Source: Tubiluchus corallicola
Taxonomy: Eukaryota; Animalia; Priapulida
Reading direction: 5' to 3'
Assembly: GCA_030141605.1 (NCBI GenBank)
Contig: JAQGDQ010000123.1
Span: forward strand, 1 to 64,000
Length of the DNA stretch: 64,000 bases
In this document: piece after piece, positions 1 through 14,200 of the stretch
How positions within the stretch are numbered: the first letter of the stretch is position 1
Layout: each line of letters opens with the position of its first letter
Position numbers and translations under genes: made by a program
The notes under the pieces: model-generated
What the model saw: the letters and a program-made list of their open reading frames with translations, nothing else
Databases searched by the model: none
What the model was told of the DNA's origin: nothing

Positions 1-442
1 AACAATAATTTTTTGAGTGAGTAACCAGTGAGTGATTTATAAATGCAGAGAAAAAAACGGGCAGCTCAATTTACTATTTGACTAAGTACTCAATAAATTT
101 CAAATTTCTTTTTTGATAAAATACCAGAGCACACTCTTCGAAAACTATACAAAAGTATTAGAAATACGTTTTTTGGTGGATCAGTAATGCACACTGGGAT
201 GGTGGTTCAGTGAACTTTTGCCAATTGGTGCGAACATTCTAAATTATTAAGAATTTTCTTTTCTATTTATGCAAGCATTTCAGTCATTTGACCACAATGC
301 TAATTAAGTAATATAACTTTGTGTGAAAAACATAGATTTTGATGAAGCACGTGCGCATAGAGAGATTGCTAGCTTACTCAATACTTCAAAAGTGTGTCAC
401 TCAAGAACAGTTTTTGCTTAACAATCGAATGTATTTTCACCA

Positions 443-1644
443 AAAAGCATGGCAGCATTGTTTGCCCAACAGTAGAACATAGAATTTGTGTTAGAACATG
501 GTGCCATTGTTTGTCCAACAGCAGAGCATAGAATTTGTCTTAGAGCATGGCGCCATTGTTTGCCCAACAGCAGAGCATAGAATTTATATTAGAACATGAC
601 ACCATTGTTTGCCCAACAGCAGAGCACAGAATTTGTATTAGAACATGGCGCCATTGTTTGCCCAACAGCAGAGCATAGAATTTATATTAGAACATGACAC
701 CATTGTTTGCCCAACAGCAGAGCACAGAATTTGTATTAGAACATGGCGCCATTGTTTGCCCAACAGCAGAGCATAGAATTTATATTAGAACATGACACCA
801 TTGTTTGCCCAACAGCAGAGCATAGAATTTGTATTAGAACATGACACCATTGTTTGCCCAACAGCAGAGCACAGAATTTGTATTAGAACATGGCGCCATT
901 GTTTGCCCAACAGCAGAGCATAGAATTTATATTAGAACATGACACCATTGTTTGCCCAACGGCAGAGCACAGAATTTGTATTAGAACATGGCGCCATTGT
1001 TTGCCCAACAGCAGAGCATAGAATTTATATTAGAACATGACACCATTGTTTGCCCAACAGCAGAGCATAGAATTTGTATTAGAAAATGGCGCCAATGTTT
1101 GCCCAACAGCAGAGCATAGAATTTGTATTAGAAAATGGTGCCATTGTTTGCCCAACAGCAGAGCATAGAATTTGTATTAGAACATGGTGCCATTGTTTGC
1201 CAAACAGCAGAGCATAGAATTTATATTAGAACATGGTGCCATTGTTTGGCAAACAGCAGAGCATAGAATTTGTATTAGAAAATGGTGCCATTGTTTGCCC
1301 AACAGCAGAGCATAGAATTTGTATTAGAACATGGTGCCATTGTTTGCCAAACAGCAGAGCATAGAATTTATATTAGAACATGGTGCCATTGTTTGGCAAA
1401 CAGCAGAGCCTAGAATTTGTATTAGGACATGGCGCCCATTTTTTGCCCAACAGCAGAGCATAGAATTTGTATTAGAACATGACACCATTGTTTGCCCAAC
1501 AGCAGAGCACAGAATTTGTATTAGAACATGGCGCCATTGTTTGCCCAACAGCAGAGCATAGAATTTATATTAGAACATGACAGCATTGTTTGCCCAACAG
1601 CAGAGCATAGAATTTGTATTAGAACATGGTGCCCATTGTTTGCC
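443..1644. repeat. 49-bp minisatellite, about 24 copies
   Basis: Unit agaacatggcgccattgtttgcccaacagcagagcatagaatttgtatt, period 49 (e.g. 542 to 591). Confidence 0.95.
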
Positions 1645-1661
1645 TCTTTTTGCGCGAGGCT

Positions 1662-1761
<100 letters not shown>

Positions 1762-1949
1762 ACGCATCTAAATCTATGGTGGAAAGTTTTTTGGAAGGTA
1801 TTTTAAAATTGCCTTTTCTTCCTCATTAAATAATATTATTTTTTGTAGATTGAAATTTTTTACGTGTTCAGTTTTTGTTCTTTGTTAGGTATATTATAAA
1901 AACAGTGAATAATTTAGCTCTTGTGCTCATATTGTGTGGTTTTTTTTAG

Positions 1950-2037
1950 AAAATGCCAGAATCCAGGAATCAGTGTGTACTGAATCACAACATTGTTCCT
2001 GTACAGCGAGTGCCAAGATATGAACTTTTACTTAAAG
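1950..2037 (+). CDS. FGD4: FGD exon, DH domain (KMPESRNQCVLNHNIVPVQRVPRYELLLK)
   Basis: tttttag acceptor, gtgcg donor; PVQRxPRYELLLK is the conserved DH motif. Confidence 0.92.
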
Positions 2038-3807
2038 GTGCGTTAAATCACATTTAAATTTTACAAAAATAATCTGATCTCGTTAAATATATGTGTTCAG
2101 TCTTACTTCTGTAGATTAGATTAGATTAGATTATTTTCATTTATCTCTTCTATACGCACATAGATAGCAAATAAATACATGAGCAAAAAGTTATTAGTTC
2201 AGAGAAAGGATGACAAGTAATCATATGGGTTCTCAAGTCAGCCACAGTTCTAATTAAAGTTAATAAAACAAATGGCTTTAAAAAACGTGACATCAAGAAC
2301 GAAAATAACATGCAAAATTTTGCAAATTGACACAAATAGCTTAAAAACAAAATAAATTAAATACTATCGAATTATATAAACAAAAAGTTATGAGAGAAAT
2401 AGTGATTGTAAAATGAAATGTAAAAACAAATAAAGGTAAAATAAGCATACTCCAAGAAGAAGAGCAAAGTTTCAATATAACAATCAAAGGAAAATGGACT
2501 ATAATTTATGTACAGCGTAATGAATTAGTAAAACAATGTTCACACACCATAATGTGTAATGGCAAAATACTATGTTATTGTAGTTATTAATTCTGCAATT
2601 TTTTTAATCTGAAGATTAAAATGTGTTTTTGATACTTTTGCAGAGTACTTGAAACGTCTGCCAGCTGATTCTCCAGATAGGGCTGATGCAGAGAGTAAGT
2701 GAAACTTGAACTTTAGTCAAAAAAAGTAGTTTAGGTATTAATACTCTACTCAACTTTTAGCCATTTTTTTACAGTTTGTTAAACAGTGTCACCTGAATAT
2801 CAGTGACCCGTATGACATGCAGTTTTAAGATGCGTAGAACAGTTCAAGAGTCAATACGATGTTTATAAAAACAGATAGATACGCAAACTACTTTTGTGTA
2901 TCCAGTGGCTGCAGTGAATGTAAAAAATTGAAGATTTTTCATCGGCGAATTATTGAATTCTTAAGCACTTTGTGCAAAAATCAATATTGTTAAAAGGACT
3001 ACAGTCAAGCCTCATTATAATCCCCCCTTTATAATGCCTAATACTCAAATGTTTAGAAAAACAAAATATCTATATCTGTGTAGACATATAAGTACTAATG
3101 CACCTCTTTATGATGCCAACTTTATTGCAGTCCCAAAGTAGCTGGTATATAAAGGTTTGACTACATCATATTTTTCAAGTTGTTAGCTTTTTTATTAACA
3201 TTTTAATGAATGTATTGTAAATACTTGCCCCATATTAAATTTTACATATTTTATACTTGCATGTTTTCAACTTCCATCAGGTTAATGTGTTCTTACATTT
3301 TGCTTTAGGCAAAACTGGTGCATATATTTGCTCATTAGGCAAATGTGCACTTTCAATGCCTTGTAAGGCTTGTGCGCTGCATGTTGTTAGAAAAGCAGCG
3401 TGTTCTTTGTTGATTATGGCAACATGATGAAGCCAATTTTCTTCAAAGAAACTTTAGCATAAATGAGCACACAGAAGCTTTTTGTTTCAGTAGTCGAACA
3501 GAGAAGTTACTGCCTGGCCAGTTTTTCTGAAAGTCGCAAATCGTATTATTGTTTTATTTTCATATTTTGTTGCATATTTTTGCAGAGGCGCTTAGTCAAG
3601 TGTCATCGGCGGCTCACCATATCAACAACATGATGCGCAGAATTGTAAGTATTTGATCAGCCGCACTATCAGCGACTTTTACGTGGTTTTGGTTTTGAAT
3701 TAGGTGCCATTCATCTAATACATGAAAGAACCAGCCTCTAGCCTAACAATTTCTGTAAAATTCAATCCTAAGTCTCTTTACCACCTCATTTGTGCCTAAT
3801 AAATAAT

Positions 3808-3906
<99 letters not shown>

Positions 3907-5176
3907 AACGGTTCCCTTGATGTACAGTGAGAGTATGCATGATAGAAAAGGTGCATAAAAAACCTACCTTGTAACGCTTGGGAGCCACAACATTAAAAAT
4001 CATGCATATGAAGGCCTGTGTCAGTTGATTTCTGGTACAGAGTACTAGAAAGACTACCGTATGCGCAGCTGGAAATTTCCAGATATAAGAATGACAATTT
4101 ACCTTCTGCTTTGACCTTCACAGTAAAAATAATGGCTGTGTAAGCTATTCAGATAGGTAGGCATAGTCTATGCATTGTCCTGGTCATCTATAAGTAAAAG
4201 GTGTCACCACTATATCTGTGGTACAAGTGGAGCCAGCGGTTGGCTCAACTCAACTGTTGAAACCCCCTTTGGTTGTCAAGCTCAATCTCTAAATGTGACA
4301 AAAATATATTTGCCTAAACGGGTCCCTTTTCTTCTGTTATATTGGTAATTAAATGTACAATGTCCGCAAATACATGCAGTTAAACTGAGACTGAATTTTA
4401 CCCGTGTTACCTGAAGTTTAGTTCAAAATCAATTTTCAATGTTGAGAAATGCTAACTGCGTTCGTTATGGGAATGAGTGACTACAGGCGAGTGCTGGGTT
4501 GAAACTGAAAATGGGCATTTTCCAAACATATCGAAGTGCCATATTAACAATTGTCTCGGCTTGCTATGCTTATTAAAAAGAATTCAGTCTTTTCTTAGTG
4601 TATGAGTTAGATATTTTTGTGTGATACATGAGCTTTTTTGAATCCTTACTTTTCGTGGGTATGGTGTGTATATTCAGACACTAAATGTTATTAGAAGACA
4701 CTCAGAATAATTCTGCATTAATGTAAATCATTGTTTTTACTTTTTTTCTTTTTCAAAGCCCTGGCTTTACTTCTGCATGACCGTGTATAAACTTATGAAA
4801 TCAGTGTTGTGGCTGAGTTACTACGCGAGTGAGCAATTATCCATGTTAATTCAGCGTGGGTTTTATTGTGTACACGAGTAAATGGAGTGGTTTGACCTAC
4901 CTACCTAAATTATTTATGCTTTGGGGCTTTACATTTGAGGACCACTTTCATTTTCTGTTGGCAATTAGCCGAACAACACAACCTATTAAAGAACCAATTG
5001 ACTAACCTAGACCAAAATGACCTACTAGCCAACGTGTCAACCAGCCGATTCAACAGTCAACCAACTGATCTGCCACATGAGGCAGCCACATTTTCACAGT
5101 CGGCAATAATAGCTCTTTGAGCTAATGCTAATTGTTCACTCAAAAGCAGACATTATTATTATTATTATTATTATTA

Positions 5177-5258
<82 letters not shown>

Positions 5259-8200
5259 GACTAGTTATATTATTAGCAGATCTGTAAAACAGGCTTTTGT
5301 CAATATATGCAGCAACATAAACCAAATTCATTTAGTAGCGCAAACACTTTATTATTGACTGTTATTCCTGTACACTACGTTGTGACTACTAGATTAAAAC
5401 TACAAAGGCTCAAATCAGTTGAAACTGGTTAGCCTTGGGCAATACATCAGAAACCAGTCAGGTGAGAAATTGATTCACTGTAGTCTAACTTGCTGTAAAG
5501 TTTTAACGTTGCTCAATTAGACAATCAGCCAATTAGTAAGTCAACCAGCTAGGCAAGCAGCCAGTCAGTCTGTCAGTCATTCAGTAATTTGATCAACTGA
5601 TGGCTGCAAACAATGTGAACAGTGACTTTTGAAAACTTTCACTTCTCATATTTTTATCTTAATAGTGCAGCACTTTCTTCTTAATTGCTGTGCTTTCTGT
5701 GCAGCGATACTTGGCATGTCCAACCTTGAATAGTGAAAACAGACCTGCCAACCATTTGATGTAAAAATGAGTAGGAAGTGTAGAAAGCCCAAGGATCACC
5801 TCACCCTGGCTAGGATCTAGGGGACAAATTATGTGCCAAAACTTTTGCTTTTTTTAGTGTCAAAATCGAATTACCAAAAAATAAAACAGTTAAGGTAATT
5901 TTTTTAAGTTATGTTATGTAATGTTATGGCAGTTCGTATGTTTTATATATAAATGTTCTTTTGTACACAAAAAAACACATGAGAAAAACTCAATAGCTAT
6001 AAAGAAGTTCTAAAGGTGGTGAGTTTCATTTTACTGTAGTTCTCATAAACTTTATTTTATCACTCAGTAGTGATACCATACATTGCTCTCTCTATCAAGT
6101 CACATACTTACAATGCTATCTGTAAAAACCAACTGCCCAGGTAAAATTTTCCATGAAGTGAAAGGAAGCCAGCAATTCAATGAAGGTAAATGTTATGCAT
6201 ACTACTTCAAGGATGAAAGTTTAGACTGTACACAGTGAAATAAACTAGTTTCATAGCTGTAATTTCTTGTATAGGATTTTAATTTAATATTTTAACAAGA
6301 GAATGCCATAATACAACTATTGATAATAATTACAAACTAATAATTAATAAAAATAAGATCAAGAAACGACATGACAATAGCATGGGTCAAAAGAATTCAA
6401 TTTTCAAAAATTGCAATATCCTTTAATGTACATTGTGAGGCTCGTGAATGCTACTGTATTATCGATAGTAGTATCGATAGTTTAGTTGTGGTTGGTACTG
6501 ATGGCCAAACAAAGCCAGATGATTTGTAAACGCACCACACATATTTTGTGTATGAATTTGCAGAATGCGTGAGAATTGAAATTTGACGCACGTGCGAGTG
6601 CAAAAGACTTAAAATGCATGTGGCACCTGTTTAATTTACTTAGTTTAATTTAGTTTATTCACATCTATTACTACATAAAACGACATTCATAAAAAAACGG
6701 TACAACTACTAGCACACTAAATAATTAGCAATTATTAAAATGTGCAGGAGGACACACAGAGCAAAGCTACTTACATGTGTCAATCGAATTTAAGAAACCT
6801 TGTTAAATCAGCATATTCAAGTCTTTTACGAAATAACTTAACATTTTCAGCAGTAACTATTGGTGAACCATTTACAGAAGCAAGCAATGAGTTCCATATT
6901 GAAACAACACGATTTGAGAAAAATTCATGAAAGTGTGTTTTACATGTACTCCTTACAAAGAGTTTTAATGAGTCATTACTTTTAGTTTTATTATTTAAAG
7001 CTTTGGTAAAAAATGTTCCCTGTTTAAATCAGCATCCTTAGGCATAATCTTGTAACACATGCACAACTCAGAAATTATACGTCTTTTTTCTAATGATTTA
7101 AGACTCAGAATTTGTAATCTATGTGGATATGACTCATAATGCGTGAGAGTTTGCAGGTCCCGTGAATACTTGAGGAAAATGCGATCCATGTTAGAGATTC
7201 ATAAGAAGTGAAACTTTCAATTTTTGAAGTAACACTTGCTGCTTATTTTTAGGATAAATTCCGGAAGCTGTTAGAAATCAAGGATTCCCTGGGCGGTGCA
7301 GTTGATCTGGTTAGTCCTACAAGAGAATTCATTAAAGAGGGTCGAATAATAAAGATATCGGCACGAAGCGGTGACCACCAGGACCGTTATCTCTATCTGG
7401 TATGTTTACGTAACTAAGACAAATTCCTTGCCTCAAAACCTCGGAACTGTTTCTACTGTGTAACTATTTAAGAAACGCCTGAAGACACATCTCTTTAAAA
7501 ATTATTATGATCAATTCCAACTGTTGTAAACTTCAATAATGATCTATTTATTACCATAATTTCTGCCTTGAAAGCGATTTGTGTGTTTGGTGCAAATTTT
7601 TTTATAATTTTATTTGTGTTGCCTTTTCTTAATTGCGCAATTGTAACCGTAATATTTTACTGTACAGAGCCATTGAAATCGTTTTGCTTGAATGTGCGCT
7701 TTATAAAATATATTTTATTTTTATTAGAAAATCTGATTCATATCTAAATTTTTGTGGTTTTTTTTTCAATTTTGTTATCACACAGTTGACAACAGTATCA
7801 TTTTATATTTTTTAATTTTTTCTGACTATGCTATCCCTGTACAGTATTATTAGTTATAAGTACTGGAAGATTTTAATCAGTGGGTTTTAAATGGGCCTTT
7901 AATCTTTGTAAATCATTGTTACATACTATCTATGATTGTTATACTGAAGGCAAAAGTAAAATTATTATTATAAATGGCCGATCTTTAGATGTGAATTTAG
8001 TTTTTATTGGCAATGATACTTCACATATAATCTTCTTGGCTTTGCATCAGTTCATGAATTATCTTAACAAAACTTCACTGTTTTTTCTTGATTTTTCTAT
8101 CATTATAACATAGGCTTATCTTATTTCTGTCTCTTTTTTGCTAAGAAATTCTAACAGCCATTTTTTCAGTGACAGGATCTCCGGAACTTGATAAAATAGC

Positions 8201-11200
8201 GAAATTGATTATAGGCTTACTTTGTTGGTTGTGTTGATTGATATATTGTATATTTATATATTTATATATGTGTATTTATATAATTATATATGTATTTATA
8301 GAGATATTTATATATGTATAAATATAAATATGTATATTTATATATATATTGATATATTGTAACTATTAACATCTGTTGGTTGCTTGGACTGTACAGTTGG
8401 GTACTTGGAAAGGCATGAATGTTTGACGATTTGTTGTTTTTCTGCATGACTGTGCTGGAAAATTCTTGGTTAATCGGGCAGAAAAAGTTGGGTCAACTCG
8501 ACTACCCATTTCATTTAACAAACTCCTTCAGGGGCATTCCAATCATGCTGTAGAATGTAGATGTTAAAAATTAATCTCTGTTCTACCATACACAAACAGT
8601 GCTTGTATCACTGAATCCAGGTGAAAGTCAAACGTAAAAAGTCACAGAAAAAAGTCACAGGCAAAAAAGTCACAGAAAAAGTCACAGGAAAAAGTCATAG
8701 CTAAAAAAGTCACAAGAAAAAAGTCACAAGTAAAAAAGTCACAGGAAAAAAGTCATAGGTAAAAAAGACACAGGAAAAAACTCATAGGTAAAAAAGTCAC
8801 AGAAAAAAGTCATAGGTAAAAAAGTCACAGAAAAAAAGTCATACGTAAAAAAGTCACAGGAAAAAAGGCACAGAAAAAAGGCACAGGAAAAACGAAATAA
8901 CCCTAAGCTTAACACCGACCCTTACTCTAGCCAAAGTTAATTGTGACTTTTTTGCCAAGATTGTGCATTCTTCTATGCTTTTTTCTGTGACTTTATCACC
9001 ACAGAATTCTTGACAGTTTAAGTGCCAGAGACAAGTAATTAAAAAAATCACTTTTACTCTCACTGTTCAGTTAAACAGTGTCACCAATATTAATACTATA
9101 GGGTAGGTTGTTTTGAGCTATAGTTTAACATTGGGTTCGGTTTTCCTTTAGGAATTATTCTCTGTCCTACTGTACTCAAACAGTGTTTTTACCACATAAT
9201 TCTTCAGGGTTTAACTGTTATAGGTGAGTAATTAAAACAATCATTTTCACTCTCGATGATGAGTTGAACAGTGTCACCAATATTAATGAAGTTTCGTTAC
9301 TTTTCCGCAGTTCAGTGACATTCTCCTGCTCTGCAGTGAACTGATGGTGTCTAAACGAGGTGCAAAATACAAAATTCGTGCAAAGCTAAGCGTCGACGGG
9401 CTGCAAGTTGTTGAAGGAGACAATCTAGAAACGGAAAACACGTTCTACCTGAAAACTAGAGTTAAAACAATTGAATTGTACACCAGGTAAGACTAGGTGA
9501 CTCATTTCAATACATACTTCCCATATACGTAATTGTAGTTTCAACAATATGTTAATAATATATATTACCATGCCCCTGTGCTGCCATGCAAAAATAAAAA
9601 GCAGTAACTGCAATTTCAACAAAATTAAAGTTTTGATGCATTCTTACCAAACACATGGCATTTTTTCTTGCTATTCTAATGAAATTTCATTCTAAGTAGT
9701 AGTTTTTGTATATTAACTAACTTCCATTGGCAGGCTATGCACAAATTGGTTCCTTTACAGAATTAAAGGCAGTAATTGTCCAAAGAACTATCAGAATCAG
9801 CACTTATGGTACCTCACTATACTCGAGTAAAAACGATTTATTTCATTTTTCTTGCAGACTAAATAACAGTTATCTTGTGTACACTTCTTCCATAAGAACA
9901 CAAATTTAAAGACAGATACTGCCTGTTTGGCTTGGTGGCCATTGTTGGTCCCGTTCGTAAGCCAACAGGGTAAAAAGCAGTACCTGCCAAGACAGCAGGT
10001 TTCATATTAACCTGAAAAAACAAGTATATTTCCTGTAATTGTTTCAGAATCCCAGCAGATAAAGCATTGTGGATGGAGGCATTGTCAAAGACTATAGTTG
10101 AATATAAATCAAAGCATGCCGAGATTCACATAAGTGAAGACATGATAAAGGTATTAATTTCATATCTGTATGTCTGAAGTTAGTGTAGGCCTTATAACAC
10201 TAGGAAAAAATGTACATAATTTCCTAAACATCAGTAATCATTTTTGTGAAGTGTAAACCTTAGAAAAATACAGACGTATTAGATAGTGTGAAAATATGGC
10301 ACCATGGAAAATTATAATACTGTGAGTGACTTAATGTACAAATTTTGTAAAAAAAAAAGCAAATGTGATTTTTGTGTAGATGCATTTACGTACTACTTAA
10401 TATCTCCTAATGACAACTTATAAAATATCCTTGACTAGGAGTGAGCATTGTAGATTCGAATTGGATTCAAGTGTTCAAATTTTATTCAAATGAATTTTTT
10501 TAGTTCAAATTCAGTTCTAACCTAAAATTATGGATTCGAATAATTTAGCATTTCAACTACGTGCATTCTTTATCATTAAAAATTCTGAACCAGCATGCAC
10601 TTAGCACAGTTTAACTGTGGTTTTTGTGCACAAGTTTTAAACAAGTTATTAGCATTTTTACTGTAGAACAAAATCAAATAATATGTATGATCTTTGCAAG
10701 GCTGCTTTTTATTAATGATTTGAAGATCTTTAAAACTGAATTTGAATTCGATTCGGATTGCAAATTTGGAAATTAGGTTTCATTCAAGCTTGAAAGTCAC
10801 AAATTTGATTCACTTTCTGGTACAAAATGTTCAATCTTACTCTTCCCACAATAATTGTCTTCTTCGTGCAATTAAATTTTAATTGAAAACTCAGTGAACC
10901 TAAGACCACCTGTCTACAGAACTAAACGAGTTTTGAAGAAACTTCTGAAACCACCTTATTCACTTCATTAAATGCCCTCTGTGGGTAAATCAGACTTTTT
11001 CATTTTGTAACCAGCTAACATTTCACAAACACAAAGTAAATTCACATTTTACACAAAGTAAATTTATCTGAAATGCGAAAAGACTTTGTCATCATCTCAT
11101 CATATTCTCTATTTTCATAGTTTTCTATTCAAAACTCTGGCCAGATTGGCAAGCTCCATTATAAATGTCTGTGCATGCCAAACACATAAGATATATGTTT

Positions 11201-14200
11201 TCTATATATATATATATATATATATAAAGCTTAATATATGTAAGATTTAATAATATTGGTTTCATAAGTAACTGTTTGTCTGTAGTGTCATTATATTTCA
11301 AAATTAAAATTGTATGTTCTTATATTGTTTGTATTTTTGGCTCTAATAAATATATCAATATAATATAGCAGTATGTTCCGTATAAATTTTAATAGCTTAG
11401 TTCTAAACAGATTTAATTATTTTTATCCAAAATTTGTTTACAACTTTTACCCTTCTGATCTCGCAGAATGCTAGTGTTTGTCATATAAGTGTTTATGTAA
11501 AATTTGCAATGTACAAGTTGAGGTGTATTTAATGTGTGTTCATCCCTAGAGGAGTATCGTCTTGTACACTCCCATCTGGGGCTTTGTGTCTTTTAAATTT
11601 CGTTGTTTACTGCAATAACAATTTCTTTTAATAATAAATACTTGATAACAAGCTGGATTCCACTCCTGCCTCACCCATCAATGTCATGTTAAATGCTGGA
11701 TACTGAAATTTATAAAAAAAACTACTTGCAGTTGGAAGACGATGAGTTGGGACGGAAAGCGCCATCGTTTGTTAAAGACGCCAGCGTGGGGAAGTGTATG
11801 AACTGCAAGTCTGCATTTAATATCATGAAGAAGCGCAAATCTTGCAGAGCTTGTGGATTGGTGAGCGATTGTTTAACATCTAAAGCATGATTTGTGCAAA
11901 CATGTAATCCAATCATAAATCATAATCCAATCCAAACGCACCATTTTTTAAGACTGGTATGTAACTCGGCTGGGAATCGAACCCACGCCTTTCAAGAAGC
12001 AAGGACACTGCCACTGAGTTACACACCTAGTAACATGCCGAAAGCTGTAGCCATGGTTGGTATTTGTATTTGTATAAATTAGTATTTGTTCAGAGCAAAA
12101 TTTGTGCTGTCGTTAACTTGAACACCATTATGCGTAAATTCAATTATTCGATAGAGTGTACAGTTATCGTGTCTAATGCTTGTTTAGTTCGCATGTGTTC
12201 GTAGTGTGACGTGTTATTACTGTGTAGGTAGGTGCCTTATGGAAGTAGGATTTTACATGTTATGTGGCATTGTGCAAGAAGTTTTTACTTATGATAGAAT
12301 GTTTATTCACATTTAGTTTCAATATACTTACTTATACTAATTACTACACATTTAGTTTTAATAGTCTTACATATACTAATTATTGCAAGAAACAACAGTA
12401 CTATTCTTAAGTCATGGATAATTGCTGATTAATTGAAGAAGTTAATGTAGGGCTTATAACACTAGTAAAGAAATTTTTGCTATTTTTTTAAATGCAATGT
12501 TTCAACTGCACACTAGTAGGTATGAATGACGGTTGCTGTGGATACTTGATATTTGAAACATCATGTTTAATAATTTCTTTATCATGTAAAGTTTGTATCA
12601 TGTTATTGTTCTTGATAAGGTGGCTACGAAAACTTTGTAAAACTAGTTGTTTCTAAGCATTTTAATTTACTCATGCAATATTATATTACTGTTACTACTA
12701 CTATTAATATTACTATTGCTATTACTATTACTATTACTATTATATTCTAGTTCTTCAGTACTAAATCTTACTATGTTTTATAGGTGCTTTGCTCAAAATG
12801 CATTCATGGCAAGCTTCCTCTACCCTATGATAACTACAAACCTAACAAGGTGTGTGGTAAATGCTACGCCACCATCAACACAGTGATCAAGGAAAAAGAA
12901 TCAGCACTGAAAGCGGACGTGAAGCCTGAGCTGATTCAGATACCGCAAAAGCGGGGCTGTTTACAGGTATTTAAGGTTGTTTACAGGCATTTATAAGGTT
13001 TGTTTTCGGGTGTTTTTACATATGTTTTCAAATTATTTGACTACGGCCAAATCACGTTGATAACACCAATTCTCGTCTGATCACCGAAGTTAAGCAATGT
13101 AGAGCCTGGTTAGTACTTGGATGGGTGACCACCTGGGAATACCAGGTGCTGTAGGCTTGCGGGATGCCCACACTGTATCTTTGTAGTCAAATTATTTGAC
13201 TACGGCCAAATCACGTTGAAAACACAGGTTCTCGTCTGATCACCGAAGTTAAGCAACATAGAGCCTGGTTAGTACTTGGATGGGTGACCGCCTGAGAATA
13301 CCAGGTGCTGTAGGCTTGCAGGATGCCCGCTCTGCATCTCGACACTAGGCGGAGGAGCTGCACAAGCAACCAACGGCTAGCGGGCGGAGGAGGTCAAGTG
13401 ACCCAACGACCATGTGTAGAGGAGTAGACCTTCCAAATCAGGAGTGGAGCCCCGAAGGCGGACCAGTGCAGCATGCTCATTGATTCCGGCAGCTCCTGCA
13501 GCCAACCTGGTGCCAAACGTATCGCTCCGCTTTTCTTTGGACTACACCAGCGAGGAAGAGACGGGGGTTCTTGTTGTCTGTGTTGTCTGGGCAACTCAGG
13601 ATCTCCATACACCTTTCCCACGTTCAAGGATCGCACTGCTCAACCACAGTCGACGCTGCAGCTCCATCAATGTGATCAATAACTGACTCTCTTGGCGCAC
13701 ACTCCATTGTCTTCCGAGACAGAAGGATGCCAACCATTTCAACGTATTTGTACAGGAGTTACAGGTAGTTGTGCATCTGTCAGTTGCCATTGACTTCAAC
13801 TTGATATAACATAAACACAATAAAACAAGCTTAAACGTGTCATTCATCACTGATTCTATCTAGTTTTTTGCATCACTGGCCTCTTGGTATTTGTTCTAAA
13901 CATCAGATGTGTATATGAAGTGCTTGTATGAGCTTGTCTGCATTTTTGGTTCAACGTCGAGGTTGTAGACTGTATCCTAGCTAGATCTGAAAAAGGCAAC
14001 ATAATAAGCCTTTTTACGGTTCTGGCGATTGACGATGATCGTGAAAAAGTCAATGGTTAAGTGTACCAGACAGTGCATTTGTGTGCACTTGGCAACACCT
14101 TGCAGCCCATGCTGTTGTAATAGTAACAGTTTTAACAGCTAGCTAGAACCTTACCTGGTTCATTTTTTTCTTGTTTTTAAACAAGATTCTGCTAGTAAAT

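Larger units (their letters stand above)
13039..13736 (+). mobile_element. 5S-headed SINE (SINE3 type) with RTE-clade LINE-derived body and tail
   Basis: 5S head; GC-rich body resembling an RTE 5' region; 3' part encodes SRIALLNHSRRCS (RTE ORF C-terminal SRIGLxSHxRxC-like) followed by CCATTGTCTTCCGAGACAGAAGGATGCCAACCA; 13-bp TSD tttcaaattattt (13026-13038) / tttcaacgtattt (13737-13749). Confidence 0.8.

Noticed and set aside
443-1644. CRISPR-like regular array and ORFs 1324-1829
   Set aside because: Units are contiguous near-identical 49-mers with no unique spacers, in a eukaryotic intron; the ORFs are repeat artefacts.
11950-12027. Genuine tRNA gene
   Set aside because: A and B boxes are present but anticodon and acceptor arms do not form; continues into SINE-like body.
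13039-13317. Functional 5S rRNA gene pair
   Set aside because: No oligo-T terminator, CpG-type decay, fusion to retroelement sequence and a flanking TSD.
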